Below, in pieces: positions 1 to 5,639 of a stretch of 8,914 bases of DNA. The DNA lies in contig JAWABC010000009.1 of assembly GCA_038884815.1 (NCBI GenBank), positions 1-8,914 of the forward strand, given 5' to 3'. Each line of letters opens with the position of its first letter. Positions within the stretch are counted from its first letter, which is position 1. The position numbers and the translations under genes were made by a program. Origin of the DNA: Candidatus Nanoarchaeia archaeon. GTDB lineage: Archaea; Nanobdellota; Nanobdellia; SCGC-AAA011-G17; VGLX01. Below the pieces are notes generated by a model, which was given only the letters and a program-made list of their open reading frames with translations, made no database searches and had not been told where the DNA came from.

Positions 1-114
1 AAACCCAAAGCCCTAGCTGCATTCCTTCTTACACCATCATCTTCATCTTTAAGTTCAGCAATGAGAGGATCAACAGCCTTTCTACTCTTCATCTTACCCA
101 AAGCTTCTGCTGCA
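1..114. repeat. Direct repeat copy 1, nucleotide-identical to 550-663 and internal to the HEAT-repeat gene; may extend past the left edge
   Basis: A base-by-base comparison shows 1-114 identical to 550-663, with the first mismatch at 115 vs 664. A second exact block, 151-197, equals 514-560 (47 nt). Confidence 0.9.
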
Positions 115-839
115 TGCAGCCGAATACTCAAATCTTTATCCTTAAGCAACGCAATAAGAGGATCAACAGCACGAACATCACCAATCAAACCCAAAGCAGT
201 TATAACTCGAATCCTCATATAGTAATCCTCATCTTTAAGTGCAACAATAAGAGGACCGACAGCAGGCTTACCTAACTTACTTAAGGTCAGTACCACCTTA
301 CTTTCATAGCCCTCGCTTATGTCTTCATCCCAACCTTTGAGTGAGGCAATAAGGGGCTCAATTGCTAATTCGCCAAACTTTACACATTCATCCCATTTTT
401 TCTTCGCTATAAAATACCAGATTTTTTCCTCATCATCTTTAGGCTTCCAACCCAGCTTAACTAAAGCTTCAGCTATCCATTTCCGAACATCACAATTCTT
501 GTCCCTAAGTAAGGCAATAAGAGGATCAACAGCACGAACATCACCAATCAAACCCAAAGCCCTAGCTGCATTCCTTCTTACACCATCATCTTCATCTTTA
601 AGTTCAGCAATGAGAGGATCAACAGCCTTTCTACTCTTCATCTTACCCAAAGCTTCTGCTGCACTTGACCGTGTATGAGAAGAACTTTTATCCTGTAATT
701 GCGTAATCCACTCATTTTCACTTTCACTTTTCTCCATTTTTTGTTTTTGTTCTAGGCAAGAGTGTCGGAATAGTAAAAGAAGAAAAAAGATAAAAATGAT
801 GGTTATTAATCGACCAGAACCATTTTTATTTCCAAACAT
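1..839 (-). CDS. HEAT-repeat (PBS-lyase/HEAT_2-like) protein with N-terminal hydrophobic anchor; C-terminal part lies beyond the left window edge
   Basis: My own translation of the minus strand (codons on plus triplets starting at 3k) finds no stop from 839 down to 1. The ATG at 839-837 is preceded by GGAGG (plus 848-852) with an 8-nt spacer. Product: MFGNKNGSGRLITIIFIFFLLLLFRHSCLEQKQKMEKSESENEWITQLQDKSSSHTRSSAAEALGKMKSRKAVDPLIAELKDEDDGVRRNAARALGLIGDVRAVDPLIALLRDKNCDVRKWIAEALVKLGW...ALKDEDYYMRIRVITALGLIGDVRAVDPLIALLKDKDLSIRLHAAEALGKMKSRKAVDPLIAELKDEDDGVRRNAARALG. The recurring VR..AA.ALG.IGD.RAV.PLI.LLKD unit is the canonical HEAT/PBS-lyase repeat. It is not in the ORF track because it is truncated by the window edge. 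The track ORF 319..678 (+) is its antisense shadow. Confidence 0.85.
   Translation of the reverse strand, partial: MFGNKNGSGRLITIIFIFFLLLLFRHSCLEQKQKMEKSESENEWITQLQDKSSSHTRSSAAEALGKMKSRKAVDPLIAELKDEDDGVRRNAARALGLIGDVRAVDPLIALLRDKNCDVRKWIAEALVKLGWKPKDDEEKIWYFIAKKKWDECVKFGELAIEPLIASLKGWDEDISEGYESKVVLTLSKLGKPAVGPLIVALKDEDYYMRIRVITALGLIGDVRAVDPLIALLKDKDLSIRLHAAEALGKMKSRKAVDPLIAELKDEDDGVRRNAARALG
514..663. repeat. Direct repeat copy 2 (514-560 = 151-197; 550-663 = 1-114), encoding about two HEAT units
   Basis: Same comparison as above. The block encodes AAEALGKMKSRKAVDPLIAELKDEDDGVRRNAARALGLIGDVRAVDPLIA. Confidence 0.9.
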
Positions 840-868
840 AATAAGTTCCTCCTTTCCAAATCGATAAG

Positions 869-951
869 GAGGCCCTCTCAACTTCAGTAAGAGGAGGGTT
901 GTAGCAGCATGAACATCAGCTCTTAGAACCTGAAGTTTAACAGAGGGCCTC
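869..951 (-). other. 83-nt compound inverted repeat (three nested stems, 24 bp in total) in the rSAM-HEAT intercistronic spacer
   Basis: Perfect Watson-Crick stems: 869-878 (gaggccctct) with 942-951 (agagggcctc); 880-887 (aacttcag) with 930-937 (ctgaagtt); 888-893 (taagag) with 920-925 (ctctta). The apical loop is 26 nt (894-919). On the minus-strand RNA the hairpin begins 5 nt after the rSAM stop codon and ends 16 nt before the HEAT-gene SD. Confidence 0.7.
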
Positions 952-956
952 ACCAC

Positions 957-2279
957 TCATTGACCAAGCCAAACACCTTTGCTCTGAGAAATCTTCCTCA
1001 GAAGAAGAACCTTAGTTATTTCTTGACTGATGATACATCGCCAAGAAGGAATAAAGTTGTCTTCGCTAGAAGGAGAAAAAGTCTTGCTCAAACAGTCACC
1101 GGCACAATGCCACCTGCAAAAACAGCCATGACAATATCTTATCTTGTCTGAGGTTCTGTTAACAATCCTCTTCCACTTAACAAGGTCAATTTTCAAACCG
1201 TCCGGACCTATACTGCCAATAAAGAAGTCTTCAGCCATAGGATAAGAAGTGTTATGGGTTTCAAAGCAAGTAGTAATCTCACCACGCTGAGAAACAACCA
1301 AGGCTTCGCTAGAAGCCAAACAAAACCTGTTAGAAATGCTGTCTATGCGGGCACCAGAATAAAAGAAAGTTCTTCCGTTAGACTCGGCAACGTTAAGAGC
1401 TTCTAAAAACTGGTCAACAAACTTCTTCATAGATTTAGTGGTAAGCTCTTTACCTTCGCCTCTGCCACGAGGAAAAGCAGGCTCAACCTGAATGGTTTTG
1501 GCACCAGTTTCTTGACAGACAAAAGAGACCATCCTTGCAAGACTGGAAGCAGAATCCTTAGTAACGGTCATCCTAACACCGTAAGGAAAGGATTTTTTAT
1601 CAAACTCTTCTATGGTTTTCATTACAACACGAAAAGAATCCTTACCGCTCAACGTGGGTCTTTGCTTGTTTTGAACATCTGGTGGGCCATCAAAAGAAAG
1701 ACTTAAGCCATCAAAGTTTTGACAGATAAAACTTCTTTTTTCAAGACTTAAGTAACCGTTAGAAGAAGCATTCACGGAAACCTTAAGCTTTTTCTTACGA
1801 GCATAAAAAACAGCCTTCTTAAGAGTGTCCCAGTTAAGTGTTGGCTCACCACCTCCATGAAAGCTCAGTTCAAAAGTGTCTAGGTTTCTTTCAGCAGCGT
1901 TCTCAGCCACGACGTCAATGGCCTTGTAAGCAACTTCAGGATTCATCTCAACAGCTGGTGATTCATTACTTCTAGCGTAACAATAAACGCAACCAAGGTT
2001 GCATCTGTTTGTAAGAAAAAGAACAGCACAAACAGGCTTGTAATCAACAGGGTTGTAAGACTGAACCTTAGGATCAGGCTCGAGAATTCCTGTTTTTTTG
2101 ATGAACTTAACCGCTTGAGCAGTACGGCGCTCAACTTTTTTATGATTCATAAGACTAGCTATCAAACTAACCAAAGCTTTGTTAGCTATAAAAGCAATTT
2201 GCTTAAGAGGAGCGTAAACTATAAATTTACCCTGAAAAGGGATTTGGAACAATTCAACTTTGCTCCCATTAACATTCAT
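957..2279 (-). CDS. Radical SAM / SPASM-domain peptide- or protein-modifying enzyme with an RRE(PqqD)-like N-terminal extension of about 90 aa
   Basis: Track ORF of 440 aa. Strong SD GGAGGTGAT (plus 2283-2291), with the GGAGG core 7 nt from ATG 2279-2277. Motifs: CNLGCVYC (CX3CX2C radical SAM cluster), HGGGEPTL (SAM-binding GGE), and CHGCFCRWHCAGDC (CX2CX5CX3C SPASM signature). Additional Cys at RFCLAS, TTCFE and WRCII are consistent with two auxiliary Fe-S clusters. Confidence 0.93.
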   Translation of the reverse strand: MNVNGSKVELFQIPFQGKFIVYAPLKQIAFIANKALVSLIASLMNHKKVERRTAQAVKFIKKTGILEPDPKVQSYNPVDYKPVCAVLFLTNRCNLGCVYCYARSNESPAVEMNPEVAYKAIDVVAENAAERNLDTFELSFHGGGEPTLNWDTLKKAVFYARKKKLKVSVNASSNGYLSLEKRSFICQNFDGLSLSFDGPPDVQNKQRPTLSGKDSFRVVMKTIEEFDKKSFPYGVRMTVTKDSASSLARMVSFVCQETGAKTIQVEPAFPRGRGEGKELTTKSMKKFVDQFLEALNVAESNGRTFFYSGARIDSISNRFCLASSEALVVSQRGEITTCFETHNTSYPMAEDFFIGSIGPDGLKIDLVKWKRIVNRTSDKIRYCHGCFCRWHCAGDCLSKTFSPSSEDNFIPSWRCIISQEITKVLLLRKISQSKGVWLGQ

Positions 2280-2310
2280 ACCATCACCTCCTTTTTTAGA
2301 TATTTCACGT

Positions 2311-2524
2311 GAAAAACCTCAAAAAAAGAATTTTTAGACTTGCAAAGGATTTTGAAACATAAAAAAGACTCAATCAGAACAAAAGGCCTTTTTTAAGCTC
2401 AAGCTAAAAAGCCAGCTCATCGCCTTTTCCGAGGTTTTCCAAAGGAAAAACGTATTCGAAAACCTCATGACCCTCAAAACAATTTTGGTTTTAACCAAAT
2501 CTTCGTTGGGTCTGGAAAACCCTC
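2311..2524. repeat. Four dispersed copies of a GAGGTTTT(T)C motif in the divergent intergenic region
   Basis: 2431-2440 reads gaggttttcc in plus orientation. In minus orientation: 2311-2320 gaaaaacctc, 2458-2466 gaaaacctc, and 2514-2524 ggaaaaccctc. Copies 2431-2439 and 2458-2466 form a perfect 9-bp inverted repeat with an 18-nt spacer. Confidence 0.6.
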
Positions 2525-2736
2525 CAAGGGGTTGTGGAGCTTAACTCCGGGATTTTATTTTTCAATTTAACGAACATGATTGAATCAAACCCTTTTTTTA
2601 AGAATGCACATTGCACTAAGTGATCGAAGCCCTTCTCTTACTTAAAAATTAACTATAAACCTGTATTTAAATTTTTTGAATCCACCTACACAAATTAATT
2701 TTTAAAAAAAGAAGCTGCTAGGTGTTAAACAAAAAC

Positions 2737-2744
2737 TTTATAAT
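2737..2744 (+). promoter_or_regulatory. Candidate archaeal TATA box (TTTATAAT) for the plus-strand membrane operon
   Basis: The TATA-like octamer is centred about 26 nt upstream of ATG 2767. There is no SD between it and the ATG, which is consistent with a leaderless or near-leaderless first cistron. Confidence 0.4.
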
Positions 2745-2766
2745 AACCCCATTTATCCCAATAAAG

Positions 2767-3858
2767 ATGAACAGAATACTGCAATTCCTAATCTTCTTCT
2801 CAATATTTTTTATAATATATTTTGGAATGCACTTTTATGTTTTTTCAAGGATAGGTACAATGCTCTCAATCAAAAAGAACATACTTTTTTATGTAGTAAT
2901 GGCATTGCTCGCATTATCATTCCCTGCAGCGAGCATGATAGAAAGGATACATGCAACGGCAGCATCAAGATTATTCTACATGGCAGCAGGAGCGTGGTTA
3001 GGAGCATTATTCCTAGCATTCTCAGCCTTGTTGGTATATGAAGTAGTAAACCTGCTCGTAAAGCTCGACAAAAGAGCAGCAGCCATAACAATACTGATTG
3101 TGGTTTTAGCATTGGTGATTTATGGGGTGATAAACTTCACAACCATAAAGGTGAGAGAGGTAGAAATACAGATGCCAAACCTACCAGAAGAACTAACAGT
3201 AGTACAATTAGCGGATATGCACATAGGAACGGTACACGAATGGGAATACATGGGTAAGATAGTGGAAATAACAAACAAAGCCAACCCCGACATGGTACTT
3301 ATAACAGGAGATTCGTATGACGGAAGCAGAAAAATCGATGAAAGGATAGTAGAACATTTAAACAACATAAAGGCAAAGACGTTCTTCACAACAGGAAACC
3401 ATGAAATATTCCAAGGTGTAGATGAGGTCATGAAAGTACTTAACAAAACAAAAATACAACCATTAAGAAATGAGATGGTAGAATACAAAGGAGTACAGAT
3501 AATAGGGATAGACAATCCGACCAGAGAGCTCTCACAAAAAAACGACATCATAAGCACGATAAAAATAGACAAGACAAAGCCATCAATACTCATGTTTCAT
3601 CCACCAACAGGATTAGAACAGGCAAGTCAGGCAGGAATAAACTTGCAACTCTCAGGCCACACCCATCATGGACAAATAATGCCTTTCACCTTAATCTCAA
3701 AACTGGTGTACAAACGCAACAAAGGACTGTTCAAATACAACGATACTTACCTATACGTAACGGAAGGTGCAGGCACATGGGGGCCACCAATGAGAGTTGG
3801 GACAAGAAATGAGGTAACGGTGATAAAACTGGTAAATAATGTAACACAAAACTTTTAA
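2767..3858 (+). CDS. Membrane-anchored calcineurin-like metallophosphoesterase (YkuE/COG1408-like)
   Basis: The track ORF starts at GTG 2722. I prefer ATG 2767 (MNRILQFLIFF...) because the TATA-like element lies downstream of 2722. Four hydrophobic helices occupy the first ~140 aa. They are followed by the metallophosphoesterase motifs LADMHIG (DxH), ITGDSYDG (GDxxD), TTGNHE (GNHE) and LSGHTHHGQ (GHxH). Confidence 0.9.
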   Translation: MNRILQFLIFFSIFFIIYFGMHFYVFSRIGTMLSIKKNILFYVVMALLALSFPAASMIERIHATAASRLFYMAAGAWLGALFLAFSALLVYEVVNLLVKLDKRAAAITILIVVLALVIYGVINFTTIKVREVEIQMPNLPEELTVVQLADMHIGTVHEWEYMGKIVEITNKANPDMVLITGDSYDGSRKIDERIVEHLNNIKAKTFFTTGNHEIFQGVDEVMKVLNKTKIQPLRNEMVEYKGVQIIGIDNPTRELSQKNDIISTIKIDKTKPSILMFHPPTGLEQASQAGINLQLSGHTHHGQIMPFTLISKLVYKRNKGLFKYNDTYLYVTEGAGTWGPPMRVGTRNEVTVIKLVNNVTQNF

Positions 3859-3906
3859 ATACCAAACATTCTAAAATTGCATAACAAAACTAAGGGGGTC
3901 TAAAAA

Positions 3907-4461
3907 ATGCAACTATTGGCATGGATACTTATTGCAGTCGCTGCAATAATAGTGCTGTACATCATAATAACGTACAACAGTTTAGTTAGACTAAATATGA
4001 GGATAAACAACGCATGGTCACAGATAGATGTGCAGCTGAAAAGAAGATACGACCTAATACCAAATTTAGTGAATACGGTAAAGGGCTACATGAAACATGA
4101 AAGAACGGTGCTGGAAAACATAACAAAAGCAAGAAGCGCCATGATGAAAGCAACAACGCTAAGCGAGAAAGCAAAACACTCAGACACCATAACAAATGCT
4201 TTAAAAACCTTATTTGCCGTAGCAGAAAACTACCCAAAACTAAGAGCAAATGAAAACTTCATGATGCTGCAAGAAGAGTTGAGTGGGACAGAAAACAAGA
4301 TTGCTTACTCAAGACAGTTCTACAACGACAGTGTGATGGTTTTCAACACAAAGATAAAAACATTCCCCACAAACATCTTTGCCAACATACTAAACTTCAA
4401 AGAAAGAGAGTTCTTCAAAACAGAAGGCAAGGAAAGGGAGTCTGTAAAGGTAGAGTTTTAG
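3907..4461 (+). CDS. lemA: LemA family membrane protein
   Basis: Track ORF of 184 aa with SD-like AAGGGGGT at 3891-3898. It has a single N-terminal TM ([21 protein letters not shown]). This is followed by [33 protein letters not shown]...[17 protein letters not shown]...[13 protein letters not shown], typical of LemA (COG1704). Confidence 0.93.
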   Translation: MQLLAWILIAVAAIIVLYIIITYNSLVRLNMRINNAWSQIDVQLKRRYDLIPNLVNTVKGYMKHERTVLENITKARSAMMKATTLSEKAKHSDTITNALKTLFAVAENYPKLRANENFMMLQEELSGTENKIAYSRQFYNDSVMVFNTKIKTFPTNIFANILNFKEREFFKTEGKERESVKVEF

Positions 4462-4465
4462 GCAA

Positions 4466-4645
4466 ATGATATACGAGGAAATAGCAAGCAACAAGAGGAA
4501 GAGCTACTTCCTCCTTTTTGCATTTGTAATCTTGGTAGTGGCTAATCCTAGGACAGTTCTTCTTCGCCAATATCTACTTCGGTGCGGTAATTGCAGCAAT
4601 CGTGTCCATAATCTACATGCTCATAAGCTACTATTCAGGCGATAA
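4466..4645 (+). pseudogene. htpX: Detached N-terminal segment of the HtpX-like protease, in a different frame from the main ORF (apparent +1 frameshift near 4539-4546)
   Basis: ATG 4466 lies 4 nt after the lemA stop. It encodes MIYEEIASNKRKSYFLLFAFVILVVA..., the conserved HtpX/M48B N-terminus and the start of TM1. This frame then degenerates (NPRTVLLRQYLLRCGNCSNRVH...) to TAA 4643-4645. The frame of the 4602 ORF is open from 4539 and reads WLILGQFFFANIYFGAVIAAIVSIIYMLISYYSGDK, the expected continuation of TM1/TM2. It is closed just upstream by TAG 4536-4538. Confidence 0.7.
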
Positions 4646-5351
4646 GATGATACTGGCTGTGAGCAGAGCAAAGCCAGTAGAAAAAAAAGACTACCCACAC
4701 CTGTACAACACAGTAGAAGGATTGTCCATAGCAGCAGGTGTCCCAATGCCAAAGATTTATGTGATAGATGACACAGCAATCAACGCTTTCGCAACAGGAA
4801 GAGACCCCAAACATGCGTCAATAACGGTAACAAAGGGAGCGATACAAAAACTGAACAGGCAAGAACTGGAAGGTGTCGTGGCACACGAGATGAGCCACAT
4901 AAAAAACTTCGACATAAGACTGATGATGCTGACAGCAGTCCTTATAGGAGTGACTGTATTCCTTAGCGACATAATACTAAGAAGCTTCATCTATGGAAGA
5001 AGAAGAGACGACAGAGAAGGGGGCAACATAACGGTCATATTCATACTCATAGGAATAGTTCTGGCAATATTAGCACCATTAATAGCAAAGCTGATGCAGC
5101 TGGCAATGAGCAGAAAAAGGGAATACCTTGCAGATGCCGATGGAGCGTTGCTGACAAGATACCCTCAAGGATTAGCGGATGCTTTGAAAAAAATAAAAAA
5201 TGACAAAGAACCTTTGGTAGAATCAGCAAACAAAGCAACAGCACACCTTTACATCGCAAACCCATTAAGAAATATGAAAGGCATGTTCAACAACCTGTTC
5301 AGCACACACCCCCCAATAGACGAAAGAATAAGAAGGCTTGAGGCGATGTGA
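4602..5351 (+). CDS. htpX: HtpX-like M48 zinc metalloprotease (main body; as drawn it starts at GTG and lacks the first TM segment)
   Basis: Track ORF of 249 aa. Motifs: HEMSH zinc site (VAHEMSHIKN), NAFATGRDPKHA, two internal TM helices, EYLADADGALLTRYPQGLADALKKI, and STHPPIDERIRRLE. All are typical of HtpX/M48B. Confidence 0.9.
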   Translation: MSIIYMLISYYSGDKMILAVSRAKPVEKKDYPHLYNTVEGLSIAAGVPMPKIYVIDDTAINAFATGRDPKHASITVTKGAIQKLNRQELEGVVAHEMSHIKNFDIRLMMLTAVLIGVTVFLSDIILRSFIYGRRRDDREGGNITVIFILIGIVLAILAPLIAKLMQLAMSRKREYLADADGALLTRYPQGLADALKKIKNDKEPLVESANKATAHLYIANPLRNMKGMFNNLFSTHPPIDERIRRLEAM

Positions 5352-5639
5352 ATGGAGTACAGGAGAAAAATAAGCAGGGAAGAAGCAGAAGAAGTGTACA
5401 TACTAATAACAAAGGACGCCCTAAAAATGTTCCCTCCAATAGACAGAAAATTTTATTTGGTAGAAAACAAAAAAGAAACACCGGTAAAAGTAAGAGCAAT
5501 CAGCTGCATATGCATGGGACCAGAAGAGCCGCACCAACACTACCATTTGCATTACAAACCACTAAAAAAAGGAGAGGTAATAGTTATAAGAAGCGGAGAA
5601 AAAAGCAAGTACACAATAAAAAGAGAAAAACCTACTTAA
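5352..5639 (+). CDS. Hypothetical 95-aa protein, translationally coupled to htpX; possible small beta-barrel (B3/AbrB-like) DNA-binding fold (speculative)
   Basis: The ATG at 5352 directly abuts the htpX stop (atgTGAATGgag). The amino-acid composition is balanced and protein-like, unlike the overlapping poly-basic frame 5348..5686. The pattern YILITKDALKMFPP...FYLVENKKETPVKVRAIS...HYHLHYKPLKKGEVIVIRS recalls B3/EcoRII-N-type pseudobarrel domains. Confidence 0.6.
   Translation: MEYRRKISREEAEEVYILITKDALKMFPPIDRKFYLVENKKETPVKVRAISCICMGPEEPHQHYHLHYKPLKKGEVIVIRSGEKSKYTIKREKPT

Noticed and set aside
319-678. Track ORF of 119 aa on the plus strand with an internally repetitive S/L/A-rich product
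   Set aside because: It is the antisense shadow of the minus-strand HEAT-repeat gene. The minus frame gives textbook HEAT repeats, has a GGAGG+ATG start, and is open across 1-839. The plus-frame product is low-complexity.
957-959. The UGA ending the rSAM gene as a selenocysteine or readthrough codon fusing the rSAM and HEAT ORFs
   Set aside because: I do not call this as a feature. The HEAT gene has its own well-spaced GGAGG and ATG followed by a typical N-terminal anchor. The 39-codon bridge (VVRPSVKLQVLRADVHAATTLLLLKLRGPPYRFGKEELI) has no recognisable character. About 39 stop-free codons can occur by chance. I cannot identify SECIS features by eye. It is kept only as a low-probability alternative in the hairpin finding.
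2370-2577. Micro-ORFs in the long intergenic region as RiPP precursors for the rSAM enzyme (32 aa at 2370..2468 minus; 28 aa at 2491..2577 minus; 25 aa at 2467..2544 plus)
   Set aside because: None has a properly spaced SD; the closest is GAGGG only 2 nt from the ATG. None sits at the predicted leaderless position. None shows Cys-rich or Gly-Gly leader features typical of SPASM substrates. They are reported as things to test, not as genes.
2380-2640. tRNA, C/D-box sRNA, RNase P RNA or SRP RNA in the structured intergenic region
   Set aside because: There is no cloverleaf; the ttcgaa at 2455-2460 lacks flanking T-stem complementarity. There is no RUGAUGA/CUGA box pair with correct spacing, only a degenerate GATGAG...CTGA on the minus strand. 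The AGGAAAGUCC RNase P core and SRP conserved motifs are not seen. Any RNA here would belong to an unrecognised class.
2870-3593. Minus-strand ORFs 2870..3112 and 3120..3593 inside the metallophosphoesterase gene. Similar cases: 3986..4249, 4757..4990, 5047..5265, 5299..5499 and 7967..8212. Also the 63-65-aa ORFs inside or overlapping the rSAM gene: 960..1151, 1512..1706 and 2115..2312 (plus strand), and 1943..2134 (minus strand, alternative frame).
   Set aside because: They are shadow ORFs, either antisense to or out of frame with recognised genes. Their products are L/S/F/C-rich and low-complexity, with no motifs.
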